The position numbers and the translations under genes were made by a program. DNA of 64,000 nt from an uncultured Candidatus Saccharibacteria bacterium (lineage in GTDB: Bacteria > Patescibacteriota > Minisyncoccia > Phycocordibacterales > DATDWN01). The notes under the pieces were generated by a model. That model saw only the letters and a list, made by a program, of their open reading frames with translations, searched no databases and was not told the DNA's origin. Where the stretch lies: NCBI GenBank assembly GCA_964603545.1, contig CAZRVD010000001.1, positions 68,358-132,357 of the forward strand, read 5' to 3'. The first letter of the stretch is position 1; every line of letters begins with the position of its first letter. This document shows positions 46,476 to 54,805 of this stretch, in pieces.

Positions 46476-47756
46476 TTAATTAAGATTTGAAGCTATCTCT
46501 TCCAATTTCACTTTCTTTTCTTCACCACTTTCCATATTTTTTAGGTTATATACACCAGATTTTACTTCATCTTCACCAACACAGATAACAAAAGGAATTT
46601 TCTGTTTATTGGCAAGTTTCAATTGATCACTAAGTTTTTTGTCTGTGAGGTCAACTGCAGTATTTACGCCAAACTCTCTCATTTTTCCCGCCAGAGTTTC
46701 TGCTTCATTTTTAAACTCACTACTTACGGTACAAATATAGACTTGCGTTTTAGGTTTATAAATAGGAAGTAGGTTGTGTTTCTCTAGAAAATCCTGAGCA
46801 GTGACGTCTCCTGCGCCGAAACCAACAGAAGGAACTTTTTTTACTCCAAAAATATTCATAAGGTCATCGTACCTGCCACCGCCAAAAACAGAGCGAGTAT
46901 TCTCTGGGTCTGTATCAAAAACCTCAAAAACCATACCAGTGTAATAATCAAAACCACGTACTAGGGTTGGGTCAAAAGTTACATTTTTGACACCAAGGTT
47001 TAAGAGTTTCTCTATAGTAGAGATCATTTCTTTTGTCACTTCACTTTCACCTAGAAAATCCAAAAGTTTATCATGTGATTCAAGTAATGAGGTAAATTCA
47101 ATAGCTTTATCTCCTAAAAGTTCTCCGAAAGCTTCTTGAAACCCGGATTTTGAGATTTTATCTTTTTTGTCTATTACTTTTGAAGCCTTGTTTGACTTCT
47201 CTTCATCTAAACCAAATTTTTCATAAAGTTTCTTTATGATTCTTCTGTCATTTATTCGAATAATAAAATCTTCGTCCTTTGCACCAAAATTTTTCATTAT
47301 TTGGTAGGCGATGTTTACAATTTCTATATCTGCTAGGCTAGAATCTACTCCAAACAAGTCAACGTTGAGTTGCCAGTGCTCGCGCAGTCTGCCTCTTTGG
47401 GGTTTCTCGTATCTAAAAAGGTTTGGGATGGAATACCAGCGAAGTGGAAAAGCAAGTTCCTTTTCTTTTCCTGCTACCATTCTAGCCACAGTTGGCGTCA
47501 TCTCTGGACGAAGAGTAACTTCGCGGTCACCACGGTCTGTAAAAGTATAAGTTTGTTCGCTTACTATTTCTTCACCAGATTTTGCTTTGTATAGTTCTGC
47601 CGATTCTAGTATAGAAGCCGAATATTCTTCGTATCCGAATTTTTCAACGGTGTCTTTCCAGGTTTGGAATATGTAGTTTTGTATAAAAAGTTCTTCGGGG
47701 TAGAAGTCGCGCACGCCTTTGTAGCTTTCTGTACTTAACTTTGATTTGTCTGTCAT
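46476..47756 (-). CDS. hisS: histidyl-tRNA synthetase
   Basis: Class II motif 2 FRYEKPQRGRLREHWQ. HisRS-specific GGGRYD. Anticodon-binding C-terminus. The ATG at 47756 (MTDKSKL) is the likely start; the track ORF extends to 47837. Confidence 0.85.
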   Translation of the reverse strand: MTDKSKLSTESYKGVRDFYPEELFIQNYIFQTWKDTVEKFGYEEYSASILESAELYKAKSGEEIVSEQTYTFTDRGDREVTLRPEMTPTVARMVAGKEKELAFPLRWYSIPNLFRYEKPQRGRLREHWQLNVDLFGVDSSLADIEIVNIAYQIMKNFGAKDEDFIIRINDRRIIKKLYEKFGLDEEKSNKASKVIDKKDKISKSGFQEAFGELLGDKAIEFTSLLESHDKLLDFLGESEVTKEMISTIEKLLNLGVKNVTFDPTLVRGFDYYTGMVFEVFDTDPENTRSVFGGGRYDDLMNIFGVKKVPSVGFGAGDVTAQDFLEKHNLLPIYKPKTQVYICTVSSEFKNEAETLAGKMREFGVNTAVDLTDKKLSDQLKLANKQKIPFVICVGEDEVKSGVYNLKNMESGEEKKVKLEEIASNLN

Positions 47757-47776
47757 ATGGGTTATTGTATCAGAAT

Positions 47777-48535
47777 ATGGAAGCTTCACAAGAAAAGGAT
47801 GTGTATGTTGTATATAAAAATCTGGGCGAGACTCCACTTGAATGTATACAAAGATTTAAAAAAAATAAGCCGGAATTTGGAAGTTCTAGCGTGACCTATG
47901 CAGGAAGGCTGGACCCCATGGCAGAGGGGCTACTTATTTTACTTACAAACGAAAAAGTAAACGAGAAGGAGAAATATTTGGATTTACCAAAAACGTATGA
48001 ATTTGAGGTTCTGTGGGGCTTTGAAACGGATACACTAGATATATTAGGAAAAATTTCAAATTCAAAATTTCAAATTTCAAAACAGGAAGAGGTTGAAGAT
48101 TATTTAAAAAAAACGGTTGGAAAATTTGAACAAAAATATCCAGATTATTCGTCAAAGCCAGTGCAAGGCAAACCTTTGTTTCAGTGGGCTAGGGAAGATA
48201 GACTTTCAGAAATAGACATTCCAAAACACGAGGTTGAAGTTTTTGAAGCGAAGTATATTTCTAGAAGGATTATTTCAAAAGAGGATTTGCTTAATGACAT
48301 TGATTTTAAAATAGGAAAAGTAAGGGGAGACTTTAGACAGAAGGAAATACTTGAGAAGTGGAAAGAAGTTTTGAGTGGAACGAGTGAGGAAAACTTTGTA
48401 ATTGATAAATTAGAATTAAAAGTTTCTAGTGGTTTCTATGTTAGGCAATTTGTTTCTGATATGGCAGAGGACTTAGGGATGCTTGCAACTACTTTTCATA
48501 TAAAGAGGACAAAGATTGGTGATTGCGAAATTTAA
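47777..48535 (+). CDS. truB: TruB-family tRNA pseudouridine synthase (divergent)
   Basis: Catalytic Asp context YAGRLDPMAEGLLILLT (compare GTLDPLATGLL). Confidence 0.6.
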   Translation: MEASQEKDVYVVYKNLGETPLECIQRFKKNKPEFGSSSVTYAGRLDPMAEGLLILLTNEKVNEKEKYLDLPKTYEFEVLWGFETDTLDILGKISNSKFQISKQEEVEDYLKKTVGKFEQKYPDYSSKPVQGKPLFQWAREDRLSEIDIPKHEVEVFEAKYISRRIISKEDLLNDIDFKIGKVRGDFRQKEILEKWKEVLSGTSEENFVIDKLELKVSSGFYVRQFVSDMAEDLGMLATTFHIKRTKIGDCEI

Positions 48536-48652
48536 AATGAAAGAAATACACAGTTTTGATTGTAATAGGCGTTTACAGACTATTTCTTATGTGATTAGAT
48601 ATTATAGGAGGATCCTCGTTTCAATTTGAGGGTCTCTAGGGAGTGTGATTTG

Positions 48653-49003
48653 ATGCCGGCTGAGGACACACGGAAATCTGAAGCGTTGGTGGCGATTGGG
48701 CAAACCCTGGTCACCGCCCGTCGACGTTCGGGTCTGAGTTTGACTCAACTCGTTCGTTCAACCCGTAACCCGCGCCTTTCAGGTGTGGGTGACAAGTTCG
48801 TTCTCGCTGAGAAGGGGACGTTTGAGGGCAAGGAAGACCTGCTTCGGGAAATCATTCAGGCTTACCACCTGAACACTTCCGAGGACGTGGAGGTGGAACG
48901 CTGTCTGGCCGTCACGTTCCCGAAGACGGATGCCAACTCTCGCAGAAGTGGTGTTCCCGGCCATCCAAGGCCTTCACTCGGAGGGTACAGACCCTCGGCG
49001 TAG
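48653..49003 (+). CDS. XRE-family HTH regulator, high-GC cassette K1
   Basis: AIGQTLVTARRRSGLSLTQLV is a helix-turn-helix. ATG at 48653 after GGGAGTGTGA. GC-rich. The C-terminal ~30 aa are low confidence. Confidence 0.45.
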   Translation: MPAEDTRKSEALVAIGQTLVTARRRSGLSLTQLVRSTRNPRLSGVGDKFVLAEKGTFEGKEDLLREIIQAYHLNTSEDVEVERCLAVTFPKTDANSRRSGVPGHPRPSLGGYRPSA

Positions 49004-49023
49004 AAAAAGCACACAACAGGGGC

Positions 49024-49058
49024 CGGTCGCGCATGCGCGACCGAGCTCTTTTTCTTAT
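49024..49058 (+). terminator. terminator after K1
   Basis: CGGTCGCGC-at-GCGCGACCG agctcTTTTTCTT. Confidence 0.55.
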
Positions 49059-49061
49059 GGT

Positions 49062-49128
49062 CATGCGACCATTCTGGGTTGCGCACGGTTGCGGTCATAC
49101 GACCACTGCTCGCTTTCAGCGGTTGCAT
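49062..49128 (-). repeat. two adjacent TGGTCGYATGACC-core sites (family 3 copy plus 33-bp direct-repeat copy 1), minus strand
   Basis: The minus strand reads CGCTGAAAGCGAGCAGTGGTCGTATGACC-GC-AACCGTGCGCAACCCAGAATGGTCGCATGACCA. Confidence 0.6.
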
Positions 49129-49172
49129 AAAGTTTAAGTAAGTGTAGATTGATATTTAGGGAGGCAGACAGG

Positions 49173-49499
49173 ATGCTGAGCGGAGTCCAGCTGAACGAGG
49201 TAGTGAAGGATGTCAAGATATTTCGGATGAAGAGAGGACTGGAGAGAAAAGACCTGGCCTTGGAGGCTCAGGTTGGAGTTAGGTTTGTCCGAAACGTGGA
49301 AGAAGAGAGAAGGCTCAAGTGGAGGCTTCCACTAGTGCAGAAGCTTCTGCGGGTTCTGGTGGCACTGGATCTCAAACTTCATGAAGAGGCCATCAAAAAG
49401 AAAGTCAGCCAAGTTGCTCATTCACCTCGCAAGAAGAGGCGTTGCAGATTCGACCGGCGTCGTGGCGGAGTTGTTCTGAATCGGCGCTGTCGCAGGTAA
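49173..49499 (+). CDS. XRE-family HTH regulator, high-GC cassette K2
   Basis: MKRGLERKDLALEAQVGVRFVRNVEE is a helix-turn-helix. ATG at 49173 after GGGAGG. Basic Arg-rich tail. Confidence 0.5.
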   Translation: MLSGVQLNEVVKDVKIFRMKRGLERKDLALEAQVGVRFVRNVEEERRLKWRLPLVQKLLRVLVALDLKLHEEAIKKKVSQVAHSPRKKRRCRFDRRRGGVVLNRRCRR

Positions 49500-49518
49500 G
49501 TTCTTCGTTTTCGAAAAA

Positions 49519-49565
49519 GGCTCTGGGTGTGTGGCGTCACACACCCAGAGCCTTCGTTCGTTTTG
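49519..49565 (+). terminator. 15-bp perfect-stem terminator after K2
   Basis: GGCTCTGGGTGTGTG-gcg-tCACACACCCAGAGCC ttcgttcgTTTT. Confidence 0.65.
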
Positions 49566-49566
49566 G

Positions 49567-49599
49567 TCATACGACCTCTGCTCGCTTTCAGCGATTGTT
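49567..49599 (-). repeat. 33-bp direct-repeat copy 2 (31/33 identical to 49094-49126), abutting the typA stop codon
   Basis: GGTCATACGACCtCTGCTCGCTTTCAGCGaTTG versus GGTCATACGACCaCTGCTCGCTTTCAGCGgTTG. Confidence 0.6.
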
Positions 49600-51388
49600 A
49601 TTTTCTAACTGATTTCTTTCTCAATCGGACGGATTTTGGGGTTATCTCAATATACTCATCATCCGACATGATTTCCATAGCTTTTTCAATATCTAGTTTA
49701 AAAGTAGCGGCAAGGTAAACAGAACCATCTGAACTAGAAGATCGCATGTTTGTTAGTTGTTTACCTTTTGTTGGGTTTACTATTAGATCTTCACCCTTTG
49801 ATACGTTTCCAATAACCATTCCAACATAAACTTCTGTTCCGGGGTCTATGTATAGTGTTCCTCTTTGTTGTAGGTTATCTAATGCAAAAGCAAGTGCTTT
49901 ACCTTTTTCCATTGAAACCATTGAACCGTAGCTAGTACGATTTATTTCTCCAACATATTCTCTGAATTCAACAAATCGTGAAGAAAGTATTCCGAGACCT
50001 TTTGTATCTACTACAAATTGTCCACGGTATCCCAAAAGTCCTCTTGTTGGTATTTCAAACGTCAGCCGTTGTGTTCCGTGACCTTGTTTTACGTTCATTA
50101 GAACTCCGCGTCTTTCTGTAAGTCTTGAAATAACTGAGCCAGCGATTTCGTCTGGAACATCCACCGTGACTTCTTCAAAAGGTTCCATTTTTATCCCATT
50201 AACTTCTTTTATAATAACTTGTGGCTGTGAGACTTGGAGTTCAAAACCTTCTCGTCTCATATTTTCACAAAGTATTGCAATATGAAGTTCACCACGACCA
50301 TATACGGTGTAGTATTCGTTGTTGTTCCAATCCACTTTTAGTCCGACGTTTATTTCCAGCTCCTTTTCAAGTCTGTCGCGGATTTGTCTACCTGTAACAA
50401 ACTTTCCTTCCTTTCCTGCGAAAGGTGAGTCGTTAACTAAAAAGTTTAGAGAAATTGTAGGTTCATCAATGTTGATAGATGGTAGTGGTTCCGCATCTTC
50501 ACTTTGGCAAATAGTGTCTCCAATATAAACTGTTGGAAGTCCAGCAATCATCACAATGTCTCCTGCGGAAGCCTCTTTTATTTCTACTCTTTTGGTTCCT
50601 TCAAAACTGAAAAGTTTAGTAAGCTTTCCAGAAACAGTAGCTGGCGCTTTTGCATCGTGATGTTGTTTCACAAACACGGCATCATTGTTTTTAATAACAC
50701 CTTCATAAACTCTACAAACTGCAAGTCGTCCAAGGAAGTTGTCGTATGCTAAATTAAACGATTGCAGTCTTGCGGGCGCGGTTTTGTCACCTGTAGCAGG
50801 TGGGACTTCTTTTAAAATTGTTTCAAGAAGGGGGGTAAGGTCCTTGCTTTCATCTATTAGTTTCATTTTTGCAATACCTTGTCTTCCTATAGCATACACA
50901 GTTGTGAAATTAAGCTGTTCATCATTTGCTCCAAGTTCCATAAACAATTCCAAAACCATTTCGTGTACATCATCTGGTCTTGCAGCTGGTTTATCTATTT
51001 TGTTTATAATAACGATTGGTTTAAGTCCGAGTTCAAGGGATTTTTTCAAAACAAAACGAGTTTGTGGCATTGGCCCTTCTTGGGCGTCTACTAAAAGTAA
51101 AACTGTATCAATAGAACGTAGTACGCGTTCTACTTCAGAACCAAAGTCTGAGTGGCCTGGAGTATCCACAATGTTGATTTTTGTTACTTCTCGGCCTGAA
51201 TCAGCTGGGGGATAGTAAACTGATGTATTTTTTGCATATATAGTAATACCACGCTCTTGTTCTAGAGCGTTTGAGTCCATGGTTACACCTTCCTCGGTTA
51301 CCATGCCAGTCTGGCGCATTAGGGCGTCAGTTAGGGTTGTTTTGCCGTGGTCGACGTGGGCTATAATTGCTATGTTACGAATTTCCAT
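49598..51388 (-). CDS. typA: GTP-binding protein TypA/BipA
   Basis: N-terminus MEIRNIAIIAHVDHGKTTLTDALM. EF-G-like domains. 596 aa. Confidence 0.85.
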   Translation of the reverse strand: MEIRNIAIIAHVDHGKTTLTDALMRQTGMVTEEGVTMDSNALEQERGITIYAKNTSVYYPPADSGREVTKINIVDTPGHSDFGSEVERVLRSIDTVLLLVDAQEGPMPQTRFVLKKSLELGLKPIVIINKIDKPAARPDDVHEMVLELFMELGANDEQLNFTTVYAIGRQGIAKMKLIDESKDLTPLLETILKEVPPATGDKTAPARLQSFNLAYDNFLGRLAVCRVYEGVIKNNDAVFVKQHHDAKAPATVSGKLTKLFSFEGTKRVEIKEASAGDIVMIAGLPTVYIGDTICQSEDAEPLPSINIDEPTISLNFLVNDSPFAGKEGKFVTGRQIRDRLEKELEINVGLKVDWNNNEYYTVYGRGELHIAILCENMRREGFELQVSQPQVIIKEVNGIKMEPFEEVTVDVPDEIAGSVISRLTERRGVLMNVKQGHGTQRLTFEIPTRGLLGYRGQFVVDTKGLGILSSRFVEFREYVGEINRTSYGSMVSMEKGKALAFALDNLQQRGTLYIDPGTEVYVGMVIGNVSKGEDLIVNPTKGKQLTNMRSSSSDGSVYLAATFKLDIEKAMEIMSDDEYIEITPKSVRLRKKSVRK

Positions 51389-51401
51389 ATTGTTGTGAAC
51401 T

Positions 51402-51515
51402 TCCAGATTTGGCCAATCTCATCTTCTAAAATTTAAAAATACTCCTCACCTTAGCGCTAACTAAGGCTCGTCACATTTTTAAATTTTATAAGCGACCTTG
51501 TCTCAAATCTGAAAG
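51402..51515 (+). repeat. long-hairpin repeat family 1, copy 5 (typA-dedA divergent spacer)
   Basis: Terminal CCAGATTTGG / CAAATCTG (compensatory pair). Apical CCTTAG-cgctaa-CTAAGG (compensatory pair). Confidence 0.7.
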
Positions 51516-51636
51516 TTCGGGTTAATTTCATTCAAAAGCCGGCAAGGCCGGCAATAGAGGTCTTATTAAAGCAAATTTAGGGAGAAAAGTCAAAAAATCG
51601 GTTGCTTTATCTCTACAAAATTGAGATTATTAAACA

Positions 51637-52233
51637 ATGTTCGCGTCACCTGCAGAGCTTATAGGAATACTAGAGCACTATAAATATTGGATTATTTTTC
51701 CAATAGCCATTTTTGAGGGACCTATAATAATAATTATTTCAGGGTTTCTCGTAAGTCTTGGTTATTTAAATGGGGTAATAGCTTATATCGTTGTTGTTGT
51801 GGCAGACATGATAGGGGATTCTCTTTATTATTCTATAGGTAAGTACTGGGGCAAAGCCTCTTGGATTAAAAAAGTAGGTAAATTTGTTGGTTATGATGAA
51901 AATAGTGAAAAGTTTTTAGAGGAGCACTTTAAAAAACACAAGGTCAAAACTTTTCTTATAGGTAAGGTAACACATGGTTTGGGGGGCTCGGTACAGATCG
52001 CTTCTGGCATAGGGAAGGTTAAATACTCAGAGTTTTTCGTATTGTCTCTTCTGGGCACAGTCCCAAAAGCGTTATTTCTAATTTTACTTGGATATTTTGC
52101 AGGTAGTTATTACGAAAGAATAAATGGTTACCTACACAATATTGCACTTGTAACTATAAGTATTTTTGTTTTAGTTTTGTTTTTTGTGATTTCAAGAAAA
52201 ATTCAGAGTAATTTTTTAAAAAGTAAAGATTAG
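51637..52233 (+). CDS. DedA-family membrane protein
   Basis: DedA signature region GFLVSLGYLNGVIAYIVVVVADMIGDSLYYSIGKYWGK. Confidence 0.7.
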   Translation: MFASPAELIGILEHYKYWIIFPIAIFEGPIIIIISGFLVSLGYLNGVIAYIVVVVADMIGDSLYYSIGKYWGKASWIKKVGKFVGYDENSEKFLEEHFKKHKVKTFLIGKVTHGLGGSVQIASGIGKVKYSEFFVLSLLGTVPKALFLILLGYFAGSYYERINGYLHNIALVTISIFVLVLFFVISRKIQSNFLKSKD

Positions 52234-52280
52234 CTTTTTATCTTACGTGCGTTTTTTAATTTTCTTGATATAATATTAGT

Positions 52281-52529
52281 ATGGAATTCGAGATTTTCTC
52301 ACTACCAACGTTTTCAGGTTTTAATATAAGTTCAGTTTTAAATAAACCCGTGCTCGTGTGGATACTTATTGTTTTTTTCTTTTTCTACTGTGTGATTTCT
52401 GGGATACTTATGTATCACTGGTCAGCATACGGGATGAGACATCGTGGAATAATTTTGGCTAGGAGTTTATATATTTTCGTTTCTATTGTCCTGTTTGTCA
52501 TAGCAGGACTTGCTATATCTTATTATTAA
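52281..52529 (+). CDS. small 2-TM membrane protein (hypothetical)
   Basis: 82 aa, hydrophobic. Confidence 0.3.
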   Translation: MEFEIFSLPTFSGFNISSVLNKPVLVWILIVFFFFYCVISGILMYHWSAYGMRHRGIILARSLYIFVSIVLFVIAGLAISYY

Positions 52530-52534
52530 ATTAT

Positions 52535-53077
52535 ATGAATTATAAAGCGTTACACTTAGATGAAGGAGAAACTGTGGTTTTAGAAGTTCGAAAACATTGG
52601 ATTGTTTTTGCTGGTATTGCTTTCGGACTTTTAACTATTGCCTTTTTGCCAATTATTATTTTTTCTCTTCTTGAAATATTTTTGCCAAGCTTGGTGAATT
52701 TTGATTTTCCTGGGAATGGAAGTGCTTTATTTGTATTTTTGCACACTCTCTGGATATTAGGACTGTGGGCTCTATTTTTTGTTGATTGGACAAAATATTA
52801 TTTAGACGTTTGGTATGTTACCGAGAAAAGAATTATAGCTATTGATCAGAGATTTATCTTTAGTAGGGAGGTTTCAAACTTACGTTTTGACAAAATTCAA
52901 GATATCACAGTAGATGTTCATGGTTTTATTCCAACAATGCTAAATTTCGGCAGTATTCGTGTTCAAACTGCTAGTGAAGACAGTAAAGAGTTTTACATAA
53001 AAAATATAAGACATCCAGAAAACATAAGAAAGGTTATTTTTGGCCGTCAAAATAAAATAAACGACGCAGTACGTTGA
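52535..53077 (+). CDS. membrane protein with a bacterial PH domain (YdbT/DUF304-like)
   Basis: Two TM helices followed by WYVTEKRIIAIDQRFIFSREVSNLRFDKIQDI (bPH_2 pattern). Confidence 0.6.
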   Translation: MNYKALHLDEGETVVLEVRKHWIVFAGIAFGLLTIAFLPIIIFSLLEIFLPSLVNFDFPGNGSALFVFLHTLWILGLWALFFVDWTKYYLDVWYVTEKRIIAIDQRFIFSREVSNLRFDKIQDITVDVHGFIPTMLNFGSIRVQTASEDSKEFYIKNIRHPENIRKVIFGRQNKINDAVR

Positions 53078-53201
53078 TTTTTTTAGTTTCTTAACCAAAT
53101 TCTTATTCACATGTGTTTTAGCACGAATCTAGAAATCAACTATTCCCTCGTGATATAATATACACGTAGTTAGTATTTATAATTAAGATAAACATTTTTT
53201 T

Positions 53202-53426
53202 ATGAAATCATTACACATGGTTACTTTTGTTCTTCTAGTAGTTGGAGGTCTAAACTGGTTACTTGTTGCTTTCGGGTATAACCTAGTAGATGGTCTTTTG
53301 GGAGAAGGATCAACGTTATCAATGTTGGTTTATATATTAGTTGGTTTGTCTGCTGTTCATCAGGTAGTTACTCATAAGAGTCATTGCAGAGCTTGTGGAG
53401 GTTCCTCTATGGGTGGCCAAATGTAA
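53202..53426 (+). CDS. DUF378-family small membrane protein
   Basis: VGGLNWLLVAFGYNLVDGLLG...LVYILVGLSAV matches DUF378. Confidence 0.55.
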   Translation: MKSLHMVTFVLLVVGGLNWLLVAFGYNLVDGLLGEGSTLSMLVYILVGLSAVHQVVTHKSHCRACGGSSMGGQM

Positions 53427-53457
53427 TATTAGAAATCTTAAATTCAGCACATAAAAA

Positions 53458-53490
53458 CAAAAAACCAGAGACACAAATCTCTGGTTTTTT
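53458..53490. terminator. bidirectional rho-independent terminator
   Basis: AAAAACCAGAGA-cacaaa-TCTCTGGTTTTTT. Confidence 0.7.
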
Positions 53491-53494
53491 GTGT

Positions 53495-54388
53495 CTAGTC
53501 GAAGAAATTAATAAGATAACCGTCTATTACTCTCTGATCCAAATCATAAAAATTTAACTTGTCATTGTACAGACTGGTAGCAAGAGGAATACTGACAAAA
53601 CGGAAGTGCCATGGCTCATAAACATAGTAGGTGTTTCCTTTGGGATAGGATAGTGTAAAGCCGTATCTGTGAGAATTTTCAGTTAGCCATTTATAGGCTG
53701 TGGTTTTTTCAAAACCAACTAGATTACCTCCGATTTCTTGGGTGGTGAAATCTAGTGTTGTGCCAAGTTGGTGTTCAGAGTAGCCCTGGTCGGCAGAAAA
53801 TTTGTTAGCTGTTCCCACACCATAAGTTACGCTATATGTTGATTTTAAACCCGCTTGTGCCCCGAAAGACCTGTACCCAGATGCTATTTGTATTTTTATA
53901 CCACTTGCAAGTGCTGATTCCAGCATTTTCTGTAGATGTGGCCAGACACTTTCGTGTATCTCTACAGGTTTGTCTTTAGTAAAAAGATATTGGGATGGAA
54001 TAGAGACTAGTTTTGGTGGTACATAATTTTCATTCAAAAAATATACTTTTGAATACTTTTTAAGCAGTTCTGTATCAGTCTTACTTAATTTCTCTAGGAC
54101 CCCTACTGTGCCCGTTAGGTTTTGTATTTGGTTTTGGAATAAACTAGTGTATTCTTTTTCTTTCTGTAGTGTGTCAGCTAAAGCTAATTTCTCTGACATT
54201 GTGTTTGTAAGTCGTTTTTGGCTAACAGAAAGGGCAGTGTCAGATTCTTCTAACTTTTGCAAAAGTACCAAATTCTGCTCCTTCAGTTTCCAAAATTGGT
54301 ATCCATTATAAGCAAAAGACAAAAGAAGAAGTGAGAGAGAACCTGTGAGAATCAGGGTTTTTCTTTTTGTTTTATCTATTGTGTGCAT
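53495..54388 (-). CDS. D-alanyl-D-alanine carboxypeptidase (peptidase M15B/VanY-like), membrane-anchored
   Basis: N-terminal TM and coiled coil. M15 motifs SGYRSF, HQLGTTLDF, EPWHFRF. Confidence 0.7.
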   Translation of the reverse strand: MHTIDKTKRKTLILTGSLSLLLLSFAYNGYQFWKLKEQNLVLLQKLEESDTALSVSQKRLTNTMSEKLALADTLQKEKEYTSLFQNQIQNLTGTVGVLEKLSKTDTELLKKYSKVYFLNENYVPPKLVSIPSQYLFTKDKPVEIHESVWPHLQKMLESALASGIKIQIASGYRSFGAQAGLKSTYSVTYGVGTANKFSADQGYSEHQLGTTLDFTTQEIGGNLVGFEKTTAYKWLTENSHRYGFTLSYPKGNTYYVYEPWHFRFVSIPLATSLYNDKLNFYDLDQRVIDGYLINFFD

Positions 54389-54400
54389 GGTCTTATGGTA

Positions 54401-54730
54401 TCACATAATACCATATGAAAAATCATTAATTTTAATATCAAAATGGCTTGCAGAGTAGGTCACTAAACCTCTACTTATTATTATGATTTGAGGGGATTCG
54501 TGTTTGATATTAAAAAATTCTGCTATTTTTTTAGAAAGAATAGGCTTTTCTTGTACAGTTAAAAGGTATATTGAATTTTTTAGTTTTTTGTTGGTGATAT
54601 TTTTCTCTAGTTCTGTTTTTAAGGTATCACTACTTTCACATTGATTAGAGTATTTAAAGATTATTACAGGATTTTTTTCTGATTCTTCTAATATTTCAGA
54701 TAAATGAGTTGTTATTTTGAACAAATTCAT
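54401..54730 (-). CDS. YtxJ-like monothiol thioredoxin-fold protein
   Basis: VIIFKYSNQCESS resembles the YtxJ TxxC motif. 109 aa. Confidence 0.45.
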   Translation of the reverse strand: MNLFKITTHLSEILEESEKNPVIIFKYSNQCESSDTLKTELEKNITNKKLKNSIYLLTVQEKPILSKKIAEFFNIKHESPQIIIISRGLVTYSASHFDIKINDFSYGIM

Positions 54731-54805
54731 TTAAAAAGTGTAGCATATACATATGGGTATATGAATGATAAAATAAACGAAAGATTATTAAATAACTTAA
54801 AAATC

